From a virus (Duplodnaviria > Caudoviricetes): a DNA stretch of 64,000 nucleotides. The translations under genes and the position numbers were made by a program. The stretch lies in IMG/VR virus record IMGVR_UViG_3300042935_001404. The stretch is one strand, 5' to 3'. Position 1 is the stretch's first letter. Each line of letters begins with the position of its first letter. Shown here piece by piece: positions 1 through 9,193 of this stretch. The notes beneath the pieces were generated by a model. It saw nothing but the letters and a program-made list of their open reading frames with translations, did no database searches and had not been told where the DNA came from.

Positions 1-524
1 CAGTTTGCACTCAATAGCGAATTTTTTTGTGACTCTGTCAAATAGTTAACGGCGTATGTGGACATGTAATGGTACTGAATTTTATTATTTGTAAAGTAAT
101 TTTTTAATAACAGCATGTAATTATAAGTTCTTAGATTAGCTTGACTATTTTCTATATAAAAATTGTGATAACGCAAAACTTCATCTTGCTGACTAGCACT
201 GCTTAACCACCAGTTGTTGTTGTCTACCTTGACAATATTTTTTGAATAAACAGGATCTGTGTTAATAACACTGTCCCATTTGTGTGTGTTAATTAGTTTG
301 TCGTATCGAGCGGGTTGTGCCCACTGAACAATGTAAATTCCGCCTGCGTCCACTGTTGCATTAGATAAAACTGCATTAACTAAAAACTCATTGCCGGCAC
401 CAATGCCCGAGATATTGACTACTTCAACCTCGGGGTATATGGCCTGTAACAGTTGAGGCCATTCAGGCCATATGTGCCCTACTGCAAATCCATCACCAGC
501 AGTGTAAATTCTTTTTATATCCAT
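1..524 (-). CDS. SGNH/GDSL-hydrolase-like protein, partial (runs off the window start)
   Basis: Not in the ORF track. Manual translation from ATG at 524: MDIKRIYTAGDGFAVGHIWPEWPQLL...VNISGIGAGNEFLVN...IVQWAQPARYD, open to the window edge. GDGF and GAGN resemble SGNH blocks I and II, but block I lacks the Ser. Confidence 0.55.
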   Translation of the reverse strand, partial: MDIKRIYTAGDGFAVGHIWPEWPQLLQAIYPEVEVVNISGIGAGNEFLVNAVLSNATVDAGGIYIVQWAQPARYDKLINTHKWDSVINTDPVYSKNIVKVDNNNWWLSSASQQDEVLRYHNFYIENSQANLRTYNYMLLLKNYFTNNKIQYHYMSTYAVNYLTESQKNSLLSAN

Positions 525-1267
525 AGATCATTGTCTAGATTCAGCAGGTCTATACCATACTGATGTTGTATCATTCCACACATAATTCCAAAATCTATAT
601 TGTCAAAATATTCTGGTATAGTTGTGGTTGTTTTGTTTACCACAGCGTCGCATATTTTTTGATACTGGGCCACACGATCAATTATTGGACGTTGTGCGGT
701 AATAAAATGTTTCCAAATCGACTCTGAATTTTTACCATCAATTCCGGGCATGGTGGCCATCAACTTGATAAAAGAATCAAGTTGATAAAAATCAGGAAAA
801 TTAACATTTAATCCCGACATGTCAGATGGCAAATGTTCAATAGTTCTAAGAATAGCATGTTGATAGATATAAAAAAATTCTTCTCGCAGACTATTATTAC
901 TTGTGGGAAATTTTTCCTTTGCACTAGTAATAAATTTTTGTTCTGTAGTTTTATCGGACTGTATGGCCTTGCGATAAAAATTGTTTAGATAAATTTCCCA
1001 ATGCCCATTAACTAAGATATTTACAACCAGGCGATCTTGAAATTTTTTTGTTAAATCCCGGTTATCAAAATTATGTAAGCATATTACTGGACTGTCAGTA
1101 TCGTCGGCTCCGGTATACAGATCTATGTTGTTGGTTTGCGAAGAATAATTTTTTGTTAATCCATGATAACTGCCAGTGGTGTGAACAGAAAAATCATATT
1201 CGTCGGCCAGTATTCTTGCCAAGAAATGTCCCAATGCTCCGGGCGGCGCAGTTATAATGTATTTCAT
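515..1267 (-). CDS. Hypothetical protein with N-terminal P-loop/sulfotransferase-like motif
   Basis: Likely start MKYIITAPPGALGHFLARIL at 1267, in a TAATG overlap with the radical SAM gene stop. N-terminus resembles that of 10619..11455. Confidence 0.5.
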   Translation of the reverse strand: MKYIITAPPGALGHFLARILADEYDFSVHTTGSYHGLTKNYSSQTNNIDLYTGADDTDSPVICLHNFDNRDLTKKFQDRLVVNILVNGHWEIYLNNFYRKAIQSDKTTEQKFITSAKEKFPTSNNSLREEFFYIYQHAILRTIEHLPSDMSGLNVNFPDFYQLDSFIKLMATMPGIDGKNSESIWKHFITAQRPIIDRVAQYQKICDAVVNKTTTTIPEYFDNIDFGIMCGMIQHQYGIDLLNLDNDLWI

Positions 1268-2355
1268 TATTCTACCTCTAAATCTGGAAATGCTGTTTTC
1301 CAACTATTATTACGGCGGCTATCCCAGGTATTAATAAAATCTTTCCATGGCTCTGATTCTGACAGAGTTGGTGCCAACGGCAGGTTGGCCACTAGTTTAT
1401 ATATTGCATGATCGGTTGAATATTTTTTCAGCACTGCTGATCTAATATACATTGGCATGTTGTTTAAATCCCAAGGCCCCCAACACGGATGAATGTTAAT
1501 TTCTGTTGGGTCTCCAAATGCATTGGTGTTTAAGTTGCTTTTTACCCAAGTCTCAAGTCGATCATAATAGTAGGTGTTAAGAACATTGGCTGTGAATTCC
1601 ACTCTGAACATTAAATTCCATATGTCTTTATTTTCTTTAAGACGTATCAAATTTTTACTGACCTTGCTCCAAGGCAGTGGCCATCGAACATAATCAAATT
1701 GTTCTTCTATTCCATCTAAACTCGCAGCAAAAATTATTGTTTTAAATTTTTTCCATTCCAGTAATGTTTGCTCTGAAGGATATATAGATCCATTGGTGGT
1801 GTAGTGTAGTGTTACGTTTTCTGGATGAGGAATATGTTTTATAAAAGCCAAATGAGTATCTGTAAACAGTGGTTCGCCGCCGAAAAACTTAACGTATTTT
1901 AGTTTTTTTAAAGACACAGTGTCAACCAGTTGATTGATTGAGTTGATAATGAAATCATTGTCCCTGTTGATTGTTATTTTTTTGTTGCGTAACTTTGCCT
2001 GTTCTTTTTCCCATAAAGAGCTACTATGAGAATTGCAAATTATACAGGCTGCATTGCATTCATTGTCAAAATTAATGTCTACGGCCACTGGATCTGTAGA
2101 TGTTTCGTCGTCTGGCACCCAGTCGGAACCGGTTTGTCGTAAACTTTGCTGACCGAAATCTTCCAGTGTTTTGCACTTTGCACAATTACTAGTCCAGTGA
2201 TCAATTGACTCAAAGTTAAGTTTACGATTTTGTGACAGTTGAGAATTCAAAGGTATTGCTGTGGCAAACAAGCAACAAGGTCTTACACTGATACCCGAGT
2301 TTTTATCTAATTTAAATGAATACCCATTGGACAGATATCTACAAAAGCTATTCAT
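1267..2355 (-). CDS. Radical SAM protein with N-terminal SPASM/Twitch-like Cys segment
   Basis: CNAACIIC CxxxCxxC motif, FFGGEP, TTNGS, ASLDG. N-terminal C...PCC...CAKC cluster. Confidence 0.85.
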   Translation of the reverse strand: MNSFCRYLSNGYSFKLDKNSGISVRPCCLFATAIPLNSQLSQNRKLNFESIDHWTSNCAKCKTLEDFGQQSLRQTGSDWVPDDETSTDPVAVDINFDNECNAACIICNSHSSSLWEKEQAKLRNKKITINRDNDFIINSINQLVDTVSLKKLKYVKFFGGEPLFTDTHLAFIKHIPHPENVTLHYTTNGSIYPSEQTLLEWKKFKTIIFAASLDGIEEQFDYVRWPLPWSKVSKNLIRLKENKDIWNLMFRVEFTANVLNTYYYDRLETWVKSNLNTNAFGDPTEINIHPCWGPWDLNNMPMYIRSAVLKKYSTDHAIYKLVANLPLAPTLSESEPWKDFINTWDSRRNNSWKTAFPDLEVE

Positions 2356-3797
2356 GAATGTTTAATTTGCCCAAGCAACTGCTTTAGTTTGACACTTTGT
2401 ACATCGCCAGTCACTTTGGCTGGCTGTTCCCACGCCGGAGTTCCTGTTGGTTTTTCCCACTTTGTAGATGTACTGCCCGTTGGTTCGGTGTCAGCAGCCT
2501 TGAGTTGACTTTTTGCTTTGATTGAGTCCATAAGTGAACTTTGGGGTCGGTTGTACCCGGTTCCTTCGTCCCCGCCTTCATCAGTAATGCGCATAGTTTC
2601 AATGTTATACTCCAAATCAATTTTTTGACCAACGCCGGTCGAGCTTCGAGATTTCATACACTGGATCTGATACTTGCCACGCTCTTTCATAGCACGTGAA
2701 GTAAAGATACCAAACACATTGTCTGCTGTGTTAATTTTACTGATACCACCTGAAATATGACTGTGGTCAAATTCAATTTCTTCCACAGCCGATCGATTCA
2801 ACTGCGAAGCTGTGACCATTAGCACACCTAGCTCTTTGGCCAAGTTGCGTAGTTCTTCTGAAACATACTTGTCTTTGACAAACAAGTCATTGGGGCTGAC
2901 CTTAGCACTCACAGGCATCAGCAAGTCCAAGTAGTCAATCATCATAAAGTCCACACGAATTCCGGTTTGGATCTGTACTTCTTTGATGTAACTGCGGATG
3001 TCATTAATGTTGCTTTGTGCTGGTAATGCCTTTACACGATACTGCCCAGACTTTTTGGCCACAAGTTTTACCTTAAGTTCTGTTGTGTCTATATCCTTAC
3101 GAATGTCCTTTGTTGACATGTTGGTCAACATGGCATCTGTACGCAAACTAGTAAGTTCTTCACTGAGTTCTAGTGTAACGTACACACCACTAAGTCCTTG
3201 TTGTAGCCAGTTCAACGCAATGTTCATCATGACCAGACTCTTGCCCGAACCAGATCCACCGGCAAAGATGTTCAGTTCACCACGACTGAATCCACCATAC
3301 AACAACTTGTCTAGTTGTGGCCAACCAGTGCTCACTTGGCCGCCTGAGTTGAAGTACCGGTTAATACGACTCGCAGGATCAGCAAAGTAATCTGTGCCCA
3401 TGTCTTTTGTAAGAGAAATTTGAACTGCATCTTTGATCAGTTTCTCAACCGGCTCAAACTCGCCTTTTTCTAATAGATCTGCTGACTTTAAAATAGCACG
3501 TTCAAGTTCTTGACGCTTGGTAAAACTCTCAAACTCAGTCATGAACCAGTCAAAGTGTCCTTCATTTAAGTCCGGCACCGGTTGTAGTTTTATTCCGGTA
3601 GTTGCACTAATCTGCATCTTGTCCGGCATAGTTTTATGCTTGTCCGTGTGCTCTTTAATGAACTCAGCCGCTGGACGCAGACTTTTGTCAAAGTTCTGTG
3701 GATTATAAATGTTCTGAACACGCACATAACTGCTGGCGTCTTCCAACATCATTTCTAAAAATAATCGTTGGACTTCAAGTCCGTAATCTTTTAACAA
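2352..3797 (-). CDS. gp41: Replicative DnaB-family helicase (T4 gp41-like)
   Basis: Walker A GGSGSGKS, TLELSE, IDYLDL, TASQLNR, and ADNVFG...MKSR motifs. Adjacent to the primase. Confidence 0.92.
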   Translation of the reverse strand: MLKDYGLEVQRLFLEMMLEDASSYVRVQNIYNPQNFDKSLRPAAEFIKEHTDKHKTMPDKMQISATTGIKLQPVPDLNEGHFDWFMTEFESFTKRQELERAILKSADLLEKGEFEPVEKLIKDAVQISLTKDMGTDYFADPASRINRYFNSGGQVSTGWPQLDKLLYGGFSRGELNIFAGGSGSGKSLVMMNIALNWLQQGLSGVYVTLELSEELTSLRTDAMLTNMSTKDIRKDIDTTELKVKLVAKKSGQYRVKALPAQSNINDIRSYIKEVQIQTGIRVDFMMIDYLDLLMPVSAKVSPNDLFVKDKYVSEELRNLAKELGVLMVTASQLNRSAVEEIEFDHSHISGGISKINTADNVFGIFTSRAMKERGKYQIQCMKSRSSTGVGQKIDLEYNIETMRITDEGGDEGTGYNRPQSSLMDSIKAKSQLKAADTEPTGSTSTKWEKPTGTPAWEQPAKVTGDVQSVKLKQLLGQIKHS

Positions 3798-4743
3798 GTT
3801 GCTTCTTCCTTAGTTCTATTTTAATTCGACTGCTCTCACTCGATTGCATTATAGTTAGCAGTGTTGTTAACTTGCCCCAGAGTTTCACAGCATCGTTGAT
3901 ATCTTTAACGCCTGCTGGCCAGTCTGGAATACTCACACTCCATCCTAGTTCCACAGCACGGTCAATTAATTCTACGCCTGCAGTATCTTGGTCCGGCACC
4001 ACAACAACATTGCGTCCTAGACTGCGTATTAGTCTTGCTTGATCATCACTTACTTCGTTGTGCATCACAGCCATGCCACTGATACAGAGTGCATCAAAGA
4101 TACCTTCTGTCACAATCACATGTTGCCATCCTGCTTGTTGTAGATCTACACCAAACACATAGCCTTTCTGCATGTCATTAATGTAACGTGGATTACGATC
4201 GTCTAAGAAACGTACGGTGCTGCCTACCACTTGATTGTTGTATGTAAATGGAACAACTACTCCTGCTCGTGTTGTGGCAGCTACCATTATGGGATAGTCG
4301 TTGGGTACATGCCGGCTGCGCAGATATGCCCATTGATCAGGCGTCGCTGGTGTTACAAAATCTACAAATTCTGGCAACTCTGTTTCCGTAAATTCAATAG
4401 GCGCTGTGTTGTTCCACACACGCTGACGATCTTCTATCATGCCTTCCATACTGCGATGGCGCATACTTTCAAGATTGATCTGATTGATATCGTTTTCAGG
4501 AACGCCTATCCATTCTAGCAAACGTCGTGCTTTGAATCCGATATTGCGTCCAAGAATAAAACTTGCAGTATAGCCACAGTTAAAACAATGATAACTCCAG
4601 CCCTGTTCAGACAGTTTGATACCACCACGTCCACGACGATCAGGTGTGTTGCCAGTGTGTACGCAACAAGGTGCGTTGAAGGAAATCCACCCAGAACTAG
4701 ACTGTTTTCTTTTGCCTGGTAAAAATGCCAACACGTCAATCAT
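3775..4743 (-). CDS. gp61: DNA primase (T4 gp61/DnaG-like)
   Basis: N-terminal Zn-binding CCVH...HCFNC. Toprim motifs VTEGIFD, PDQD and KDIND. Confidence 0.88.
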   Translation of the reverse strand: MIDVLAFLPGKRKQSSSGWISFNAPCCVHTGNTPDRRGRGGIKLSEQGWSYHCFNCGYTASFILGRNIGFKARRLLEWIGVPENDINQINLESMRHRSMEGMIEDRQRVWNNTAPIEFTETELPEFVDFVTPATPDQWAYLRSRHVPNDYPIMVAATTRAGVVVPFTYNNQVVGSTVRFLDDRNPRYINDMQKGYVFGVDLQQAGWQHVIVTEGIFDALCISGMAVMHNEVSDDQARLIRSLGRNVVVVPDQDTAGVELIDRAVELGWSVSIPDWPAGVKDINDAVKLWGKLTTLLTIMQSSESSRIKIELRKKQLVKRLRT

Positions 4744-4749
4744 GCTACT

Positions 4750-4778
4750 ATTGTAACACTTTTTTTAAGACAATGCAA
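4750..4778 (-). promoter_or_regulatory. Sigma70-like promoter of the primase gene
   Basis: TTGCAT-N17-TACAAT with extended -10 TG. ATG lies 6 nt downstream and there is no Shine-Dalgarno (SD). Confidence 0.65.
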
Positions 4779-4789
4779 CTTGTTTTGGC

Positions 4790-5899
4790 TTACCGGTACT
4801 TCAAGTTTACCACACGTCCTGTGGAAACAAGCACCTGCACTGACTGCATGGTAGGAGGAACAGGACGGTATCCAGAACCACCAGTGACCAGTGTAATGCC
4901 ACTGATTGAACTGCCTGATATACTAGCAGTGGCAACGGCACCGGCGCCTTCGCCTACAAACTCAATCAGGGGTGGAGCCAAATAACCAAAACCTGGGTTA
5001 GAAACAGTGACTCCTGTGACAATGCCATTGGCCACTGTGGCAGTGGCCTGACCTGGGTTGCCCATTGCTTGACCATTTGTGCCTGTTGTGTATATACTGT
5101 TGTTAAAACACAAACGCAGTATTGGATGCCATCCAATCACGTTCATGTAAATGGTTTCAGTTCTGTTTAGATACTGCGTGGATTCTGTCACATTGTACCA
5201 GATGCTTTGATAGTTCTCTGCGGCCTGGGCCTTGATTGTACCTGTGTAGCCAAGCAAGTCCATTTGTATTGTGGTTACCGCGCCAACTGGTTCAATGAAA
5301 CTGCTGTAGAATTCAGTTGGTTGGTAAGGGCTGTAGTTGTTGATTGAGCTGCCAGCATTTAGTGCCCAATCCGGGTATACACTACTGCTGGACCCACCAT
5401 AACTGACCTGAGCTGTGATTTCTGTTGTGGGAATTGTCAAATTGGCACTGGGCACGTACTGAGGATACACACTGTCTACCACATCAAGCGGAGCACGAGC
5501 ACCCGATTGTGCATCTGTGTACACTGCTTCTATTAGATTACCGCTGGCTCTCATGATGCTGTAGGCAGCGGGCTGTGCCAACACTGTGTCAAGTTCTGCT
5601 GTGGTTAGTGTTACTTTGGCGCGGCCATACTGTGCATTGATAACAACCATTTCTTTTTGAACCAATAACGCATCGCCATTCTGGCTAACCATTCTAAATG
5701 TCAGTGTGCTGCCTGTGATATTCACGGGTTTTTCGTCTTGATTGATGAACTCAAACAAGATCACATTGTCAACACCTTTGTTAATTGTTAGTTTTTTAGC
5801 ATACACAGGATTGTACCTCAAATTGAAATAAGCACCACTGGTGTCGACTACAATAACTCGAGTTACTTGTTGGTAAAGGTAAGCAGTGGTTGAATACAT
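4790..5899 (-). CDS. Virion structural protein, BppU-like N-terminal domain plus Gly/Thr-rich fibre-like C-terminus
   Basis: FEFINQDEKPVNITG...GRAKVTLTT resembles baseplate upper protein N-domains. Repeats of VT/IT.V.NPGFGY / GGSGY. Preceded by TAAATA. Confidence 0.5.
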   Translation of the reverse strand: MYSTTAYLYQQVTRVIVVDTSGAYFNLRYNPVYAKKLTINKGVDNVILFEFINQDEKPVNITGSTLTFRMVSQNGDALLVQKEMVVINAQYGRAKVTLTTAELDTVLAQPAAYSIMRASGNLIEAVYTDAQSGARAPLDVVDSVYPQYVPSANLTIPTTEITAQVSYGGSSSSVYPDWALNAGSSINNYSPYQPTEFYSSFIEPVGAVTTIQMDLLGYTGTIKAQAAENYQSIWYNVTESTQYLNRTETIYMNVIGWHPILRLCFNNSIYTTGTNGQAMGNPGQATATVANGIVTGVTVSNPGFGYLAPPLIEFVGEGAGAVATASISGSSISGITLVTGGSGYRPVPPTMQSVQVLVSTGRVVNLKYR

Positions 5900-5906
5900 A
5901 TGACAG

Positions 5907-5961
5907 TATTTAGCGACAAAAGATAACCTTTAAATTTAGCCAAAAACTCAAGGTATAAATA
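5907..5961. promoter_or_regulatory. Divergent late-type promoters (TAAATA on -, TATAAATA on +)
   Basis: TAAATA (-) at 5907-5912 is 7 nt from ATG 5899. A perfect T4 late consensus TATAAATA (+) at 5954-5961 is 6 nt from ATG 5968. Confidence 0.65.
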
Positions 5962-5967
5962 CCACCG

Positions 5968-6345
5968 ATGGCCAATGATATCTTTACTAAACTCAGCGAA
6001 CAATACCCCTTTATTACACTGTGTGTATATGCTTCCACGGAGTATGTGGGTATTGTGCAGAATCAAGACGTGTCAGTTACCACCATATACGACTTTGGCA
6101 GCATACACGACCCTGCACTAAAGCAACGGTTCCTGGAGTTGGCCAATGCTTGGTGGTGGGAAAGTAATAGAAGTATTCCCATCAACATCTTCCTCAAGAA
6201 AGACTGGGATGTATTCCGTCCTTGTCTCCGCACATTTGCCAACAAAGACTTGGAAATACTTCACGGGCCTATTTGTAGCCTTGCTGATATTGCACTGAAA
6301 AAAGGCAAACGCAAAAGTATCACACTTGTGCGACGGATGGACTGA
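5968..6345 (+). CDS. Hypothetical protein (125 aa)
   Basis: Clean ORF with its own TATAAATA promoter. Basic C-terminus KKGKRKSITL. No recognised motif. Confidence 0.7.
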   Translation: MANDIFTKLSEQYPFITLCVYASTEYVGIVQNQDVSVTTIYDFGSIHDPALKQRFLELANAWWWESNRSIPINIFLKKDWDVFRPCLRTFANKDLEILHGPICSLADIALKKGKRKSITLVRRMD

Positions 6346-6898
6346 GCAGGTTCATGTGTAATGCTACCAAGGCTGCGTAAGAGATTGCGTGGCTTTTCTT
6401 AAATGTGTAGCCGCGACTTTCATCACCGTCCCACACAGAGTCGAATACCACGTCCCAAGGCTGTCGTTGCAAATGTGCTTTGCCCGGACGAATGATACTG
6501 ATAAACGCTGCCATTCTTGGAATACTATCCGGGCGCATTGCGCTCAGCAGGTCTGTATAGTTGCCAACGTGTGCTAGTTGTTTTGCCCATTCTGGTTCTT
6601 GCCACAGTCGACTCCAAGTAGGCTCTGTGGCCACTGCTGTGGCATAGTGTTCTGGACTGGTAATCAACTGATAAACACTCATGTTTAACAGGTCAATTTT
6701 AAAATAACCCAGTTGTTCGGCAGCTTCGTAGTCGATGGCCGCACAACGATTCACAGGATCCTGCGGAATGTCTGTTACATACACACCAGAGTTATGACGA
6801 CGAACTTGTTCTTGCACAGTTTGACGTGCAGGCGTATGCTGGATTAACTCCAGCAGTTGATTGCGATCTGCAAAATCAATGTCGATATCTGCACTCAT
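6320..6898 (-). CDS. dnaE: Miniature DnaE-like (family C DNA polymerase III alpha) catalytic fragment
   Basis: Ordered DnaE motifs DIDIDF, RHNSGVYV, GYFKIDLL, FISIIRPG and GYTFKKSHAISYA. Start at 6898 is in a TAATG overlap. Confidence 0.8.
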   Translation of the reverse strand: MSADIDIDFADRNQLLELIQHTPARQTVQEQVRRHNSGVYVTDIPQDPVNRCAAIDYEAAEQLGYFKIDLLNMSVYQLITSPEHYATAVATEPTWSRLWQEPEWAKQLAHVGNYTDLLSAMRPDSIPRMAAFISIIRPGKAHLQRQPWDVVFDSVWDGDESRGYTFKKSHAISYAALVALHMNLLSPSVAQV

Positions 6899-7572
6899 TA
6901 CCAACCTGCCTGCGTTAATATTTCTTTGGCGTACTCTTGATCTGCCGTGTAGTCACTGAACTTTTTTTGCCATACATCCGAGTCAATGTATGGCCATACC
7001 ATGGCAATTTGACCAGTATCTAATGTGCTTAAAAACCGTTGCCCAGATTCACTGTTGTAAATTACCCAAGGACTGATACGTCCTGTTGTCACTGCATACA
7101 CAGTGGCATTGGTACCACCATAGCGTAAACAATCCTGAGCAGGATTGCCTGTTTTCTCTGCCCAGTCAATTCCGTATTCCATTGCACGAGCCAAGGCATC
7201 GTTGATGTTTTCTACTTGCAAATAATATATCAAGTATTCTGTGTACACAGCATCACGGCACCAGTGATCAATCTTTTTGTTTTGTTTCAGTACCCATTCC
7301 ATAAAACGTGCAGGGTTAATGGCACGTGTGGCCACACAGTAGCGACCAAACTTGACAAATGCTCGGTAGTAAGGTGAGTCAGCAAAGTCATCAAATGTCT
7401 TTAGTTTAGCACTGCCTTGTGTCATTTCGTAGAACTTAATGTACGCTTGAAAGCCCAGTTCCACACCACGCTCTGCTCGTTCCATGCGTCGACGTCGCGG
7501 CTCACAACTATGCACAGTCAGGCTTGTTTCTTTGACAAAGTCTTTCCGACAATACTGACAGGTGTAACTCAT
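6898..7572 (-). CDS. Putative gp59-like helicase loader with N-terminal Zn-finger
   Basis: N-terminal CQYC...HSC. Remainder has a gp59-like length and pattern (FQAYIKFY, W..D..YTEY, GRISPWVI, VWQKK, AKEIL). Confidence 0.45.
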   Translation of the reverse strand: MSYTCQYCRKDFVKETSLTVHSCEPRRRRMERAERGVELGFQAYIKFYEMTQGSAKLKTFDDFADSPYYRAFVKFGRYCVATRAINPARFMEWVLKQNKKIDHWCRDAVYTEYLIYYLQVENINDALARAMEYGIDWAEKTGNPAQDCLRYGGTNATVYAVTTGRISPWVIYNSESGQRFLSTLDTGQIAMVWPYIDSDVWQKKFSDYTADQEYAKEILTQAGW

Positions 7573-8021
7573 TTTTTAGTTTCTTGCCCCGATAACTTCA
7601 AGTGCTCGTCGATTTCTTTTTTAGTAGTAATCGACGCCAGCACCGCAATGTCATCATCTTTTAAATGTGGGTACAGTTCTGCCAACTGTTTGCGTATACT
7701 ACTAGCACCGGGTTCTTTTTTCTTAGGAGCAATCCAGGTGTGTCTGGGTGTGCCCATGTCAGGACTGACAGTGGTGGCACACAGCCATTGCAGTTCCGGA
7801 TGCCGGCTCAGTGCAAAGAAATGTTTGTTGAAGCGTTCATTAGTAGCAATAAGATAAAACTCTTGCAGTTCTCTTGATCCTTCAACTGAACTGCCCCACC
7901 GTATCATAAGATAGTTTGAGAATTTTTTACGTTCTTCGTCTGTTAAATCTTTATAAAAATTACGATCCTTGCGATCAAACTGTCGCATCTCGTTGGCAAT
8001 GTTTAGTTTATCACTCATCAC
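7569..8021 (-). CDS. Clamp loader small subunit-like (T4 gp62-like)
   Basis: FSNYLMIRWGS...HTWIAPKKK...LAELYP pattern and 150-aa size resemble gp62. Replication-gene context. Confidence 0.6.
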   Translation of the reverse strand: MMSDKLNIANEMRQFDRKDRNFYKDLTDEERKKFSNYLMIRWGSSVEGSRELQEFYLIATNERFNKHFFALSRHPELQWLCATTVSPDMGTPRHTWIAPKKKEPGASSIRKQLAELYPHLKDDDIAVLASITTKKEIDEHLKLSGQETKK

Positions 8022-8518
8022 CAGGCCTTTTGATAGTCTACAATCTCACAGTTACGACTGATATCTTTGACAAAATACACACAGTCCGGCTTGGGGTCAT
8101 CACTCAGCGGAATACACAACATCTGTCCATTTTTTAACTTAGGAGCATACCAGGCCACTTCATGATACACGTCTATAATTTCAACAGTTGGAAAACTCGG
8201 TCGAAAACTGCTTAATGGATTAAACTGAAATACCTTAAAGCCACGGTCGTTGATACTGGTCAATGGAAGCACTTCAAGGTCGCCTACTTCAGGTTCGCCA
8301 ATTAGTATCTGCCAGTCCATGGGCATGCGTATTTTGTGTTCACCAATTTGTAACACCAGCGCAGGAGCATTAAAACTTTCTAAAAAGATAAGCGGAATGT
8401 AATGATAGTCTGGATCCTTGGGATCACTGTTGTCAAATATAGCAAATCTCATGTCTTCAACTTCTTCTGGAAGATGGTCAAGGTCGAATGCTGTGTTATC
8501 TAGTGTTAGTATTCTCAT
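8018..8518 (-). CDS. Hypothetical beta-rich protein, possible degenerate Hint fold
   Basis: Hydrophobic periodicity parallels Hint blocks, but there is no N-terminal Cys, TxxH or His-Asn. Confidence 0.45.
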   Translation of the reverse strand: MRILTLDNTAFDLDHLPEEVEDMRFAIFDNSDPKDPDYHYIPLIFLESFNAPALVLQIGEHKIRMPMDWQILIGEPEVGDLEVLPLTSINDRGFKVFQFNPLSSFRPSFPTVEIIDVYHEVAWYAPKLKNGQMLCIPLSDDPKPDCVYFVKDISRNCEIVDYQKAW

Positions 8519-8524
8519 GTAAGT

Positions 8525-8553
8525 ATAATATAGTATATGCGGTCAAATGTCAA
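8525..8553 (-). promoter_or_regulatory. Sigma70-like promoter
   Basis: TTGACA-N17-TATTAT, with ATG 8518 6 nt downstream. Confidence 0.65.
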
Positions 8554-9193
8554 GTGTTTTTAGTTTTTCTTTTACTTCGGCTGCAAATTGACTTTGCCAG
8601 GCACCGTCGGGAACATGAAACAGCGGCGATTTTGTTTGTAGCTCTAGCGGGTATGTTGCTAAATTCAAATTTAATGCATGCGATTCAAATCTAGAGAATT
8701 GGGTGTTTACTATGTCACTGTTCCGTGTCAACAGTTCAGTGACTGCTATTAACTGTTGATATATACCCATCGAGTACACAAAAGGAATATTCCGATTCTT
8801 TAATACAGACAAAGCGCCAACAATTTGCCAAAATGCACCAAAGTTTTCCCAAACTGGGTTTGTTAACGACTGACGCAAGGTCATTAACAATTTCTGGTCC
8901 TGATTTAGCAGATGCTGGTGTTGATTGGTTATCCACTGTCGATTAACCGCGACATGTGTGTTTTCAAATTCAATCCTGCCTGGGCCAGTGAACCCAATGA
9001 CCACAGCGTCGGGACTGTGCTTTAGGCCGTTAATTAGATCATGTAGTATTATGCCAATGGAATTTCCCGGGTATGCATAATTTATTACTTCATAGTCAGG
9101 CAGCATTTCTGACCAATGTTGGCCTGGAAACTTAGCATCTATAGAAAAAAAGCTGTCTCCGACTATTAACAATTTGGGCCTAGTCACTTCCAC
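8543..9193 (-). CDS. SGNH/GDSL-hydrolase-like protein
   Basis: LLIVGDSF block I, NYAYPGNS block II, C-terminal FHVPD. Confidence 0.65.
   Translation of the reverse strand: MEVTRPKLLIVGDSFFSIDAKFPGQHWSEMLPDYEVINYAYPGNSIGIILHDLINGLKHSPDAVVIGFTGPGRIEFENTHVAVNRQWITNQHQHLLNQDQKLLMTLRQSLTNPVWENFGAFWQIVGALSVLKNRNIPFVYSMGIYQQLIAVTELLTRNSDIVNTQFSRFESHALNLNLATYPLELQTKSPLFHVPDGAWQSQFAAEVKEKLKTLDI

Noticed and set aside
8018-8518. Active intein or split intein
   Set aside because: Lacks all splicing residues and has no extein context. Kept only as a possible inactive fold.
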